A stretch of 64,000 nucleotides of DNA from Eubacteriales bacterium (GCA_045541915.1 JAZQJZ010000039.1:13253-77252), one strand, 5' to 3'; numbered from the stretch's first letter, positions 45,496 to 55,897 are shown. Notes: generated by a model from the letters alone, not told the origin. A program made the numbers and translations.

Positions 45496-47415
45496 TTATT
45501 TTTCCCCTTCGGGAACGAATCTTCTGAGGGTTCTTCTGTAAACGGCCTGGAATACCACCGGGTCGAATACTTCCTGGATGCCATCTTCCATTTCGTACAT
45601 TGCGTCCTTCAAAATGGTTTTCTTTTCCAGTCTTTCCTCTTCGTTGTCCTTGCCGCACAAATAAGACATTTGAGCATCGGCAAACTTCTTGGTCAGCTCT
45701 GCGTGATAAACCAGAAGCTTCCAGGAGGGATTGGTATCGCCCTTTGTGGCCAGGTGCTCGCGGGAGAAGGCGTCCACCCATTCCTTTGCTTCGGTCAGTC
45801 TCTTTTCCACACCCTCGGGATCCAGTTCCTTTTCCTTGCGTACGTAGGGCGGATCAAAGAGAACGGAAAGACGGGACAGATATTTCTCTACGACCTTGGC
45901 ATCTTCTCCGAATGCGGCGGTAAAGTACTCGTCGCAAATATCGGAAAACTGGCTCTTCTTATCCCAAAGGCCCTTGGCCATAGCATAGAAGGGAAGGCCG
46001 GTGGGAAGGAAAGTGCGCTGCAGCTGGCAGCTCATCATACCGTTCAGGCCGATCTTATCCAGGTTGACCATATCCTTGTGGAGAATACGGGCACATTCAT
46101 AGTAACCGGGATCCAGGTGATGGTCCCACATCAGGTGATAGTCAAAGTCAAAGCTATCGGAATTGATCTGCTCGTTCTGCCAACGTTCCAGTCTTGCCAG
46201 GTTGTCTTCCACAGCTTTGGGCATTTTCAGCTGGTTTCTCACATAGGGAGTAAGCTCCACCTTCTTGTTGGGATCCACATCGGAGAAGGCGTTGGTGTAG
46301 GTACGGGTGATGGGGGCAAACATCAGAACAAAGCGATCGGGATTCTTGATCTTTTCCTGTTCGGGAGCCCAGAGCAGGTCTACATAGATCAGACAAACGA
46401 TCTTGGTATCCACGCCGGCAGCAGTGAGCTTTTCGTCCAATTCATTGAGCATGGTCACGTAAAAGTCTGCCGGGGTCTTCTTTTGACATTCGGGACATTC
46501 GCAGTGGTTGTTCTTGCCGTCTGCCAGCCAAAAGTGAAGGAAGTTCACATCGCTGTGCTTCTGGCAGTATTCCACAATGCCGCTTGTCATCTTATCTCTC
46601 ACCACGGGGTTGGAGTAGCAAAGGTTGGTATTCAGGGCAACGTCTCTCCAAAGGGCGCGCTTGCCGTCGATCTCTGCCAGGTACTGAACCGCATCGGCAG
46701 GAACCTGGGAGGGATCCATTTTGGTCCAGCCGCTGGCGGGAATGCCAAAGGGATCGCAGGTCCAACCGTGACCGGTGGCGTGATAATCAAGGCCGCGAAG
46801 GACGATCTCCTCCTCCAGACCCTTCCACATATGAGCCACATCCTGGTCGGTCACCGGGGTCAGACCCTTTTTGCTGTAGGGATCGTTATAAAAACGGGTG
46901 AAGAAAATGGTGGGAATGTGGAACTGCATAAAATAGCCGTTCATTCCGACCTTGGGCAGATAATCGATCATATTGCGCACGTGCTCATAGGAAACGGCAC
47001 CTTCAATGCAAACACCGCGGTGGCGGTAGGAAGCCTTTTCCTGAACCGAGGCGCAAAGATCCTCTTTCTTCAATTTTTTCTGGGGAATTTCCTCTCCCTC
47101 TGCGCCGGGGCGCAGGAAGCGGCAGCCCAATTCAAACAGGAAGCGGTATGCACCGATGAGAACGGCTCTTTCGCTGGAACCGGTGATGATGCCGGCGCCG
47201 TTTTGGATCTCAATGCGAATCTCGTCCAGGCCGCTCTTCTCCACCGATCCGTCCAGACCCAACCAAAGAATGCGTTCAAGCTTCGGGTCAATTTCGTCAT
47301 AAATACGGGTATCCACAAACAGGGTGGGGTCCATTTTCTTTAGGATACGGGTCAATTCCTGAGCCGCGTACCCAAGGGTTTTGTTGGTGCCGATTCTGCC
47401 AAGGGTAATGTTCAT
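45496..47415 (-). CDS. DUF4838-like (GH20-related fold) protein, putative glycan-degrading enzyme
   Basis: About 639 aa from ATG 47415, after AAAGGAGAG. Cys cluster HCECPECQKK and overall layout resemble DUF4838 proteins as I remember them. Assignment is tentative. Confidence 0.45.
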   Translation of the reverse strand: MNITLGRIGTNKTLGYAAQELTRILKKMDPTLFVDTRIYDEIDPKLERILWLGLDGSVEKSGLDEIRIEIQNGAGIITGSSERAVLIGAYRFLFELGCRFLRPGAEGEEIPQKKLKKEDLCASVQEKASYRHRGVCIEGAVSYEHVRNMIDYLPKVGMNGYFMQFHIPTIFFTRFYNDPYSKKGLTPVTDQDVAHMWKGLEEEIVLRGLDYHATGHGWTCDPFGIPASGWTKMDPSQVPADAVQYLAEIDGKRALWRDVALNTNLCYSNPVVRDKMTSGIVEYCQKHSDVNFLHFWLADGKNNHCECPECQKKTPADFYVTMLNELDEKLTAAGVDTKIVCLIYVDLLWAPEQEKIKNPDRFVLMFAPITRTYTNAFSDVDPNKKVELTPYVRNQLKMPKAVEDNLARLERWQNEQINSDSFDFDYHLMWDHHLDPGYYECARILHKDMVNLDKIGLNGMMSCQLQRTFLPTGLPFYAMAKGLWDKKSQFSDICDEYFTAAFGEDAKVVEKYLSRLSVLFDPPYVRKEKELDPEGVEKRLTEAKEWVDAFSREHLATKGDTNPSWKLLVYHAELTKKFADAQMSYLCGKDNEEERLEKKTILKDAMYEMEDGIQEVFDPVVFQAVYRRTLRRFVPEGEK

Positions 47416-47579
47416 TTTTCTCTCTCCTTTTATCACTTCGATGATGATCATTCAGCGAGGGTTTCCACCTTTTTTGTCATCGTAACAAAGAAAAAATGAC
47501 AAAAAAGTGGACTTGATTGAAGCATAACACAGTTTATTTCATAAGTCAAGGAATGTGGAAAAAGTACGGTGAAAAAGAC

Positions 47580-47607
47580 AAAGGAGAGGTGTTTTCCTCT
47601 CCTTTTT
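47580..47607 (-). terminator. terminator after the glycoside hydrolase gene
   Basis: aaaggagagg / cctctccttt stem. The minus strand reads hairpin then tttgtcttttt. Confidence 0.55.
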
Positions 47608-47617
47608 AAACTTGAAA

Positions 47618-48976
47618 TTAATGGTTTTTGATGAATGCCACCTGGTAGGGCAAGAGCGTAAAGCCGGAGGGCGAAAGGGAAGCTTTTGCCATCAGGTGAT
47701 CCTCGTCAATGAGATAAACGGAAAATTCATCTCCCAGGTTCAAGGTGATCTCCTTTTCCTCCTCTGAGTCATTTACCACAAGAAGAGCCTTCTTCTCTCC
47801 CTTTGATGCGGCGGTCACACGAATCTCTTTTTCATCAAAATCGCATACCACCTGGTTTTCAAGAGCATACATTTCGCCCCAGGCAGCCAGGGTATAAAAG
47901 GTGGAAACGGGCTTTAAGGTATAGGGATTGAAAAGACCGGCGTAGGTGCCGAAGGTGTTGATTCTGGCATCGTAATAGCACATCATATAAGTGCTGGTAT
48001 CCTGCATGGCGCACATCATCCGCGCCGTGGCCGCAGAGGAGATGCTCTTTCCCACCTTTTCTCTTCCCTTGGAGTTGTTCCACTCGTTGATGTGGATCTC
48101 CAGACCCTCATAGCCGAACTCTTTCAGCACCCGATCCAAAAACTTTGACATTTCCACGGTTTTTTCCACCGTGGCGTAAGAATGCCAGGAGAAAAAGTCA
48201 ATGGGGCACTTTTTTTCCTTGATGTAAGAAAAGAAGCCGTATAAAAAGTCTAGGCGGTACTGCAATGTGGCCATGCGGCGAGGATCCTCGTGGGGCGTTT
48301 CCTTTTTCCAGTTGGCGCCGTAGAGTTCCGGATCGTAAAAGATGCCGGCAAAGCCGGTGGCACCGTATCCTCCCACCTTGATGCTGTCGCCAAAGCAGGC
48401 CTTCAGGTGCTTGGAGGCTACCTCGTAAAGCTCATAATACTGCTCTTTGGTGCCGATCCACATCATATTGTAGCCGTCGATTCCGTTTTCCGGCTCGTTC
48501 CAGATCTCCCAATACTTGACACCGTAATGAAAGCCGTTGGCCCAGCCTTCGTTGTAATGACGGACCACATGCTCGCAGATCCGGGCCCATTTTTCAAAAT
48601 CCTTGGGCGGAAAAATGCGATATGCCTTGATAAACATCTGATTTTCAATGGTCACACCCAGACGGAAAATGGGGGAGACCCCCTTTTCGTGCATGGCCTC
48701 CATTAAAAGATCGGTAAACGTGAAGTCATAGTTTTCCGGATCGGTTTCATCTGCATCGAAATCCCGGAACAGATTGGGAATGTCTACAAAGCGATCACTG
48801 CCAAAGGCGCCCCAAACATCGTGCAGACGGGCAAAGGGAATATTGGCATCTCTCAAATAATCCATGGGAGAAAAATCAATGCCTCTCAATGCTCCCAGAA
48901 AGGGAGGTTGCCCCACCGCGTGCATGGGTTTGATGTTCCCTTTGATCTTGTCAAACTGAACGGAAATTTTTGTCAT
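47618..48976 (-). CDS. clan GH-A TIM-barrel glycoside hydrolase (GH39-like)
   Basis: About 452 aa from ATG 48976. WEIWNEPEN acid/base motif and a beta-sandwich-like C-terminus. Confidence 0.6.
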   Translation of the reverse strand: MTKISVQFDKIKGNIKPMHAVGQPPFLGALRGIDFSPMDYLRDANIPFARLHDVWGAFGSDRFVDIPNLFRDFDADETDPENYDFTFTDLLMEAMHEKGVSPIFRLGVTIENQMFIKAYRIFPPKDFEKWARICEHVVRHYNEGWANGFHYGVKYWEIWNEPENGIDGYNMMWIGTKEQYYELYEVASKHLKACFGDSIKVGGYGATGFAGIFYDPELYGANWKKETPHEDPRRMATLQYRLDFLYGFFSYIKEKKCPIDFFSWHSYATVEKTVEMSKFLDRVLKEFGYEGLEIHINEWNNSKGREKVGKSISSAATARMMCAMQDTSTYMMCYYDARINTFGTYAGLFNPYTLKPVSTFYTLAAWGEMYALENQVVCDFDEKEIRVTAASKGEKKALLVVNDSEEEKEITLNLGDEFSVYLIDEDHLMAKASLSPSGFTLLPYQVAFIKNH

Positions 48977-49061
48977 AATGCTCTTCTCCTTCTGTTTTTC
49001 TGCCCTCATTATACAAAGTAAGAAAACAAATTGCAAGTAAAAAAGGATTTTTTCGCAAGGA

Positions 49062-49670
49062 TCATTCCAAAAGAAAAAGCCGGGCAAAGCCGTAATAGGA
49101 AAGAAGCGCCACCAGATCGTTTAAGGTGGTGATCAGGGGACCGGAGGAAACGGCCGGGTCAATGTTTGCCCTTTGAAGCAAAAGAGGGATCGCAGTTCCC
49201 GAAAGGCCGGCCAGAAAGGTGGAGGTGAAAAGGGCAAGAGCGGCGCAAAGGGCAAGGGTGCCGGCCTGAGAGAGGGGGAGATCTTTCCCCAGCACAAGGT
49301 AAAGGGAGGCCAGAGCGAAGGAAAGAAAGCCCAAAACGATCCCTTGGACCAGTCCCACCCGCGCCTCCTTTCCCACCAAGAGCCGTTTTTCTTTTTTGGA
49401 AAGGCTCTTTTCCGTTAAGGCGCGCACTGTAACGGCCAGGGACTGGGTGCCCACATTTCCCGCCATTCCCAGAATGAGAGACTGAAAGCTCACCAGTACA
49501 GAGACCTCTTTTACCACATCCTCAAACAGCCCCACCACTCCGGAGACCACCATTCCCAGGGCCAGAAGAAACAAAAGCCACGGCAGGCGCCTGGAAAGAC
49601 TTTCCTCCAGAGGCTCGCCAAGATCCTTTGAGAAGGGAGAAAAGTTCTTTTTGCGATCTGTTTTTTCCAA
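49062..49670 (-). CDS. MgtE-type divalent cation transporter, transmembrane domain only
   Basis: 202 aa. Matches the C-terminal 5-TM MgtE domain (GMAGNVGTQSLAVTVRAL...PLITTLNDL). No MgtE_N or CBS region is encoded upstream. Confidence 0.65.
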   Translation of the reverse strand: MEKTDRKKNFSPFSKDLGEPLEESLSRRLPWLLFLLALGMVVSGVVGLFEDVVKEVSVLVSFQSLILGMAGNVGTQSLAVTVRALTEKSLSKKEKRLLVGKEARVGLVQGIVLGFLSFALASLYLVLGKDLPLSQAGTLALCAALALFTSTFLAGLSGTAIPLLLQRANIDPAVSSGPLITTLNDLVALLSYYGFARLFLLE

Positions 49671-49739
49671 ACTTCTCCCACACTCCTTTTTTCATCCTTA
49701 TATAGGGATCATAGCCCAAAAAAGGCCCTTTTATGCAAG

Positions 49740-49767
49740 AAAAAAGCACTCGAAAGAGTGCTTTTTT
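49740..49767. terminator. bidirectional terminator after glf
   Basis: aaaaaagcactc-gaaa-gagtgctttttt. The same 12-nt arms recur at 57988-58015. Confidence 0.8.
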
Positions 49768-49808
49768 CATCTTCAGAATTTGTTTTTTGATGAGATAGGC
49801 CAAAGGCT

Positions 49809-50909
49809 TTACAGTTCGTTCCGGCACATTTCCAGGGCCGAGGCGATCACCGCATCCATATCGTAATACTTGTATTCGCCCAATCTTCCGCCGAAAATAA
49901 CCTTTTCTTCCTTCTCTGCCAAGGCCTTGTACTTCTGGAAGAGAGCACCGTTTTTCTCGTCGTTGACGGGGTAATAAGGCTCGTCTCCCGGCTTCCATTC
50001 GGAGCTGTACTCTCTGGAAATGACGGTTTTCTCCTGGGTGCCGAATTCAAACCACTTGTGCTCGATGATTCGGGTCCAGGGAGTTTCTCTGTCTGTGTAG
50101 TTTACCGCGGCGTTGCCCTGGAAATTGGGAATGTCCAGAATTTCGTTTTCAAAGCGAACGGAGCGGTATTCCAGGTAACCCAGCTGATAGTCAAAATAAG
50201 CGTCAATGGCGCCGGTATAGACCACCTTTTCCGTCAGGTCATCCAATTCCTTCTTGTTTGCCAGGTAATCGGTGTTCAGGCGAAGGGGAATATCCTTTAG
50301 TATATTGGCCACCATTTTGGTGTATCCGCCCATGGGAATGCCTTGATAGAGTGCGTTGAAATAATTGTTATCAAAGGTCAGTCTCACCGGCAAACGCTTG
50401 ATGATAAAGGAGGGAAGATCCTTGCAGTCTCTGCCCCATTGCTTTTCCGTGTAGCCCTTGACCAGCTTCTGGTAAATATCCGTTCCCACAAGGGAAATGG
50501 CCTGCTCCTCCAGGTTCTTCGGCTCGGTGATGCCGGCGGCCTTCTTTTGCTCCTCGATCTTTTCCGCAGCCTCCCGGGGGGTCACCACGCCCCACATTTG
50601 ATTGAAGGTGTACATATTGAAGGGGAGGCTGTAAAGCTCGCCCTTATAATTGGCAACGGGAGAATTGGTAAAGCGGTTGAAGGTGGCAAACTGCTGAACA
50701 AAATCCCACACTTCTTTGTTGTTGGTATGGAAAATGTGAGCGCCGTAAACGTGAACGTTGATGCCTTCCACCTCTTCGGTGTGAACGTTGCCGGCAATGT
50801 GGCTTCTCTTATCCACCACCAGGACCCGTTTTCCCGCTTTTTTTGCTTCGTGGGCAAACACCGCGCCGTAAAGGCCGGCGCCCACCACCAGATAATCATA
50901 CTGTTTCAT
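49809..50909 (-). CDS. glf: UDP-galactopyranose mutase
   Basis: 366 aa. FAD motif VVGAGLYGAV and C-terminal GRLGEYKYYDMD, typical of Glf. Confidence 0.9.
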   Translation of the reverse strand: MKQYDYLVVGAGLYGAVFAHEAKKAGKRVLVVDKRSHIAGNVHTEEVEGINVHVYGAHIFHTNNKEVWDFVQQFATFNRFTNSPVANYKGELYSLPFNMYTFNQMWGVVTPREAAEKIEEQKKAAGITEPKNLEEQAISLVGTDIYQKLVKGYTEKQWGRDCKDLPSFIIKRLPVRLTFDNNYFNALYQGIPMGGYTKMVANILKDIPLRLNTDYLANKKELDDLTEKVVYTGAIDAYFDYQLGYLEYRSVRFENEILDIPNFQGNAAVNYTDRETPWTRIIEHKWFEFGTQEKTVISREYSSEWKPGDEPYYPVNDEKNGALFQKYKALAEKEEKVIFGGRLGEYKYYDMDAVIASALEMCRNEL

Positions 50910-50947
50910 ATTGATTCCTCACTGTAATTTACTTCATTGAGAGGGCT

Positions 50948-52003
50948 TTAGCCTCGTTTTACCATTTTCCGGAATAGGGTGAGCATTTTGCTCTGAACAA
51001 AATCAATTCCGGTGGCAAAAAGAAGAACCAGGCGGCACTGCTTTTTGGCAATGGCAGAGCAAAGGAGGCGATATTTTATGTCACTTGGCCGATACTCTCC
51101 CATGACCTCTACGGTCAAGGGATCCTCTGCCATCTTTTGAATGGCAGAAAGCTGCTCCTTTCGGGAAAGGGAAGCCTTCTTGCTCCGATTTTTGATCGCT
51201 GTGGAAACAAAATGCTTCACGAAGCTTTGCCGAATCAGATCCATCTGCTCCGGCAAGGGAGAGCCGCACTGCTCCAAAAAGCGCTTTTCCAGGCTGTATT
51301 TTCTCTTGCAAAGCTGGAAAAACTCTGGATCGTACCGGCTGGCCAGGGTCTCGTGAGTGGGCTTGCGGTAGTAATAAAACGCCCGGTCCACCGTTCCGAT
51401 GACACTCGCCTTTCCAAACAGATCAATGTTGAAAAGGAAGTCCTCGATCAATTTTGTCTTTTCAAACAGGGTGCCGCACTGCAAGAGAAACTCTCTCCGG
51501 TAGATCTTGTTCCAGGCATAGGGAAAGGCCCGTTTCCGGTTTAATTCGGTAAACAAAGAGGCGATTTCCTTTGGGGATTTGGCCCAAAAGGCGCCGGGGG
51601 TAGCCTTTTCCCGAAGGGTGACGTTTCCGTTTTTGTCCTCATATACATATTCCAGGCCGAACACCAGAATGTCGGGATCCTCCTTCAGTGCCTTGTCGCA
51701 GACCTCCAGAAGATCCGGGGCAACAGAATCGTCCGAATCCAAAAACAAAAGGTATTGGCCCTGGGCTTTTTCCATGCCCGTATTCCGGGCAAAGCCAAGG
51801 CCGCCGTTTTGCTCCTTGTGGATCACTCGGATCCGAGGATCCTTTTTGGCCCATTCATCGCACATTTCGGGGCAGCGATCGGGAGAAACATCGTCCACCA
51901 GGATCACTTCAAAATCCGAAAAGGACTGGGCCAGGATGCTTTTCACACATCCGTCCAGATATTGTTCCACGCCGTAAACCGGCACAATGAAAGAATATTT
52001 CAT
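50948..52003 (-). CDS. family 2 glycosyltransferase
   Basis: About 351 aa from ATG 52003. SFIVPVYGVEQYL, VDDVSPD, DSDD. Confidence 0.85.
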   Translation of the reverse strand: MKYSFIVPVYGVEQYLDGCVKSILAQSFSDFEVILVDDVSPDRCPEMCDEWAKKDPRIRVIHKEQNGGLGFARNTGMEKAQGQYLLFLDSDDSVAPDLLEVCDKALKEDPDILVFGLEYVYEDKNGNVTLREKATPGAFWAKSPKEIASLFTELNRKRAFPYAWNKIYRREFLLQCGTLFEKTKLIEDFLFNIDLFGKASVIGTVDRAFYYYRKPTHETLASRYDPEFFQLCKRKYSLEKRFLEQCGSPLPEQMDLIRQSFVKHFVSTAIKNRSKKASLSRKEQLSAIQKMAEDPLTVEVMGEYRPSDIKYRLLCSAIAKKQCRLVLLFATGIDFVQSKMLTLFRKMVKRG

Positions 52004-52014
52004 GGATGAAAGGC

Positions 52015-52776
52015 TTATACGCCGCGATACTTCTTCAGACCCATCAGACCCCAGCGAACCAGATTGACGGCACTCTTTACCGGGTTCAATTTCAAATACT
52101 CGCGGTAGAAGCGCCACTGCTTGCCGATGAGCTTTTTCTTGTTGCCGGTGGTGGAGGAGGCCAGAACGCGGTATCTGGCAAGGAGAGACTGGTTACCGTA
52201 AGCAAAGCCGTCCACCTTCACCACGTCAAGCCAGTAGGCATAGTCATCACGCATGCTCTTGAGCTCTTCGTGGAGATAGATCTTGCCTGCCTTGGAAATG
52301 TCATAAAGACCGCTCAGGCATCCGATATAGTTGGTGACCAGCATATCCTTCACGGTGATCTTTTCCTTGCAGATCACAGGAGAGAGGATCTCCTTGGAGT
52401 TTTCGTCAATGCAGCGATAGGAGGAATACACGCAGGAAGCGCCCTTTTCCTTCATAAAGGCGATCTGGGACTCCAGAAATTCCGGTTCCCAAAGGTCGTC
52501 AGCGTCAAGCAGGGCGATGTACTGACCCTCGGCGCTTCGAATGCCATTGTTCCGTGCGGCTGCAGAGCCGGCGTTGGCCTGCTGCAAAAACTTGATTCGG
52601 GAATCCTTTTCCATATAGGCACGTACGATCTCCTCGGAATTGTCCTTGGAGCCGTCGTCGATGATGATCATTTCCCAGTTTTCATAGGTCTGAGCCAGAA
52701 CTGAGTCAATGGTTTGAGAAATGTATTTTGCGCCGTTATAGCAAGGGGTGATGATCGAGGCCAAGCCGTCTTTCAT
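52015..52776 (-). CDS. family 2 glycosyltransferase
   Basis: About 253 aa from ATG 52776, after AAGGAG. SIITPCYNGAKYI, IDDGSKD, LDADD. Confidence 0.85.
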   Translation of the reverse strand: MKDGLASIITPCYNGAKYISQTIDSVLAQTYENWEMIIIDDGSKDNSEEIVRAYMEKDSRIKFLQQANAGSAAARNNGIRSAEGQYIALLDADDLWEPEFLESQIAFMKEKGASCVYSSYRCIDENSKEILSPVICKEKITVKDMLVTNYIGCLSGLYDISKAGKIYLHEELKSMRDDYAYWLDVVKVDGFAYGNQSLLARYRVLASSTTGNKKKLIGKQWRFYREYLKLNPVKSAVNLVRWGLMGLKKYRGV

Positions 52777-52991
52777 GATAAATCTCCTTATCTTTGATAA
52801 AAAAGTCAAATAAAGGTGCAAAGACCCGAAAAAAGGGTTGCACAATAATATTCTACAACAATTCCCCCCTAAAAGCAAGTATTCCGAGGAAATTGTAACA
52901 AAAGGGAAAAGACAACAAATGGAACGCTCTCTTTCTGTGGAAAAAAAGAAATGTGCCGGTTTTGCACATTTCTTTTTCGGATCAAGCGTTT

Positions 52992-54842
52992 TCAGTTTTC
53001 GTATTCCACTTCCAGAAGAAGGGTGCTTTGGGGTGAAAATTCCGTGTGAAGTAGGATCTTATCCCCGGCAAGGGTACCTTCGGCTCCCAAAAGAGAAAAG
53101 GACCGTGCCTTTTTCGGCAGCGTGATCTCAAAATCAAAAACGGGATCCAGAGAATGGTTCTGGAACAGAACCACGTGCCGGTTTTCCTTTTTCGCGCAAA
53201 TGGAATAAAGCTCCGTGTAGCCTACAATGGCAGGGAAAGGATTTTCAAAGAAGGAAACCAGCTGCCTTCCTCTTTCGTAGGAGCAAAGGATCGGAGACCC
53301 CTCTCCCACGGCGGTGCCGTCAAAATTCAGTACCAGAAAATTCTTGTAGGTAAAGCTTGCCACCTGGCCGGTGCTGTATCGGCTTTGTACCGTTGCACCG
53401 TCCTTTAAGGCAAGGCTCTTCCATTCTGCCTCCTTACCCAGGTATTTGAAAGGTACGCTTTCATCGGCAAAGGCCTCCCAGGCAGGCTGGGGGGCGGTGC
53501 CGATCACCTTGGCGATTCCGGTATCAATGCCTTTTCCCTGCAGGAGAAGGGCCGCCGGAAGATCCAAAACCACCTTTTTATGCTTTGGCTCAAAATAGAG
53601 GGCGTCAGAGCCGAATACCATAGCAAAATCACTTTCACCGTCATACAAAACGGGAATGGCCTGGCAGGCAAGAAGCGCGGCAGCCTTGGAAAAATAAGAG
53701 CGCATCACCGCCTCCTCCCCCACAAAGGCTTCGGGGAAGACGGTATTTTCCAGTCGGTCCTTCGGACGGTAGACCCTCACGCCGCAAGGGATGGCTCCCT
53801 CAAAGGCTCCCTCCAGCTTTTCGTAAAGGGGAAGGTTGCGGCAGTGGATCTTGTGATACTGCTTTTCGTAACGGGGAGAGGAATGATAGTCAAAGAGATA
53901 TTTTAGGCTGGGAATGCCCGAAGCGTGCATGGCAATGTCAAAATTTTCCACCAGCATCGCCGGGGTATTGTAACAGGCTCTGGGATAGGAATCTGCCTCG
54001 GCAAAGATCTCGATTTCTTCTCCCTTGCACCAGGCGATCTGGTTCCGGGCATTTTCGATCACCGCCGAAAGGCGCTGACCCTTGAAGCGTTGCCGTTTCA
54101 CCGTCACCCAATAGGGGGCACCGGTCAAGCGGAAGAAGGGCTTTGTGCTTCCGGCTAAAATCCGAGAAAGCTCGATGGGGCTTACGCCCTCCAGATCCCA
54201 GGAGGTAAAGCCTGCGCAAAAGCCCACGCGGATCTGGGGACAAACCTGGTCTACTGCTTCTCTTGTCTTGCGGCAAAAGTCGCGGAGGGTGTTTCCCATC
54301 ACCTTCAAATACGCATCCCTTTGGGGATTTTTGCCGCCGGTGAAGATTTTGGAAAGATCGGGATCCTGGCCCAGCTCCTCCCGGAGAAGCTTTAAGTGGC
54401 GCGGACAAAAGCATCCGATTCCCGGCCGCACCGAGAGACAGAGCTCATCGTCCAGCATCAAAAGAGACGGCTTTTTTTGGGCAATGTCCTTCACCCAGGT
54501 CAAAAAGGCTAAAACGAAATCCGGATCCTCGGGACAGAAGGCGTCCATCTCTTGGCTTTTTCCCTCCAGGGAATGGATCCGGGTCCAGGAGCACGCTTCA
54601 AAGGAAAGGGGAGAGCCGAACCCGAGAGAGGAGATCCAAACGCCCGCTTCCAGTCCGTTCTCTTCAAAATAGCGCAGGTTTTCCTCCAGGGTTTCCAGTC
54701 CCTTTCCCCGGGAAAAAAGCGCTTCGCGCCCCAGGGCGATCCAAACGCGTCCGGCCTTGGCTTTTTTGATCATATCCAAATAGAGGGGACGGGTTTTTTC
54801 ATTTAAGGTGGAATTCATCAAGGGAAGTGCAGGCTGTAGCAT
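52992..54842 (-). CDS. hypothetical protein (about 616 aa) in the galactofuranose cluster
   Basis: ATG 54842, 7 nt after AGGAGG. Cytoplasmic-looking, Cys-containing (CFCPRH). No family recognised by eye. Confidence 0.6.
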   Translation of the reverse strand: MLQPALPLMNSTLNEKTRPLYLDMIKKAKAGRVWIALGREALFSRGKGLETLEENLRYFEENGLEAGVWISSLGFGSPLSFEACSWTRIHSLEGKSQEMDAFCPEDPDFVLAFLTWVKDIAQKKPSLLMLDDELCLSVRPGIGCFCPRHLKLLREELGQDPDLSKIFTGGKNPQRDAYLKVMGNTLRDFCRKTREAVDQVCPQIRVGFCAGFTSWDLEGVSPIELSRILAGSTKPFFRLTGAPYWVTVKRQRFKGQRLSAVIENARNQIAWCKGEEIEIFAEADSYPRACYNTPAMLVENFDIAMHASGIPSLKYLFDYHSSPRYEKQYHKIHCRNLPLYEKLEGAFEGAIPCGVRVYRPKDRLENTVFPEAFVGEEAVMRSYFSKAAALLACQAIPVLYDGESDFAMVFGSDALYFEPKHKKVVLDLPAALLLQGKGIDTGIAKVIGTAPQPAWEAFADESVPFKYLGKEAEWKSLALKDGATVQSRYSTGQVASFTYKNFLVLNFDGTAVGEGSPILCSYERGRQLVSFFENPFPAIVGYTELYSICAKKENRHVVLFQNHSLDPVFDFEITLPKKARSFSLLGAEGTLAGDKILLHTEFSPQSTLLLEVEYEN

Positions 54843-54886
54843 AAAAAAACCTCCTGGTTCCATAAAAAATCAGATTTTATCTAACT

Positions 54887-55744
54887 TTAAAGATTCATCA
54901 ACACAACGGAAACTGTGCCCAGCAAAAGGCCGAGAATCTGTTTTTTCGAAAGGGGCTCCTTGTAAACAAAAAGAGAAAGGCAGCCGGCAAGGAGGATTCC
55001 GCCGCCGGAAATCACCGGAAACATAATAGAGGCGCTCATTCCCCGGGACACCAGAAGCATCACGAACAAATTGGTCATGCCGTTGGCCACGCCGGAAAGG
55101 ATCATAGGAAGGATGCCGCACTGCAAGGAAAACTTCTGCTCCTCCCGGTTTTCCCGGAGAAAGCTGACCAAAAAGAAGAACAGAGATAAAATGGCAAGGG
55201 CCAGGATCATAAATTCACTTTTATACTGTCCACCGAATCGGATCTGCTGGGAGGTTTGCACCGCGGAGCAAAAGCCGTTTCCTAAAAAGGCCAGAAGCGC
55301 ATACAAAATCCACTTGGGGGTTATTTTGGTGCCGCCCTTTGTTTCATTCACAAGGAACAGGCTGATGCACAGAAAAACAAGGCCGATCCCCAAAAAAAGA
55401 CTGACGGATTCATTTAAAAATAAAATGCCGTAACAGGTGGGGATGATCAAAGAATAAGAGGTGGCAAGGGCCGTCAGAGAAAGAGGACCTTCCTGAATGG
55501 CAAAAAAGGAAAACAGAACTGCAGAGCCGTAGGAGGCGGCAAAGGCTAGAATATAAGGAAATAGCGCCGGATCAAAGGAAAAGCCACCCTTGTCGGTGCA
55601 GAGAAAGAAGATTCCGGCACTGAAAGTGGTCATGGCATTGAATAAAAAGACCCCGGCCTTTTTTGCTTTCAGCTGATACTGCTTTTTGGAAACGGATTGA
55701 ATCAAAGAAGAGAACATGACCAGAATCAATAAGAGAACGTTCAT
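54887..55744 (-). CDS. EamA/DMT-family transporter
   Basis: 285 aa, about 10 TM segments in two similar halves. Confidence 0.75.
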   Translation of the reverse strand: MNVLLLILVMFSSLIQSVSKKQYQLKAKKAGVFLFNAMTTFSAGIFFLCTDKGGFSFDPALFPYILAFAASYGSAVLFSFFAIQEGPLSLTALATSYSLIIPTCYGILFLNESVSLFLGIGLVFLCISLFLVNETKGGTKITPKWILYALLAFLGNGFCSAVQTSQQIRFGGQYKSEFMILALAILSLFFFLVSFLRENREEQKFSLQCGILPMILSGVANGMTNLFVMLLVSRGMSASIMFPVISGGGILLAGCLSLFVYKEPLSKKQILGLLLGTVSVVLMNL

Positions 55745-55897
55745 CGTTTCACCTCATTTTTGTTTGCCCGGACGGCGCGACCTGTCTTTGTTTTTGCAAA
55801 CATTTTGCAAGGCTTGTCTGTTTGATGATATCTTATTAAAAGTTTTGGAAAAAGTCCAGTGTTTTTCTTCTTTTTTTTTCAAAAAAATGAAAAAAGG

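Noticed and set aside
45460-47343. A 627-aa plus-strand ORF opposite the DUF4838-like gene, plus similar antisense ORFs at 36300-36989, 10034-11176 and 16035-17066
   Set aside because: In each case the opposite strand encodes a protein with recognisable family motifs, a proper RBS and a sensible composition. These ORFs have none of those features.
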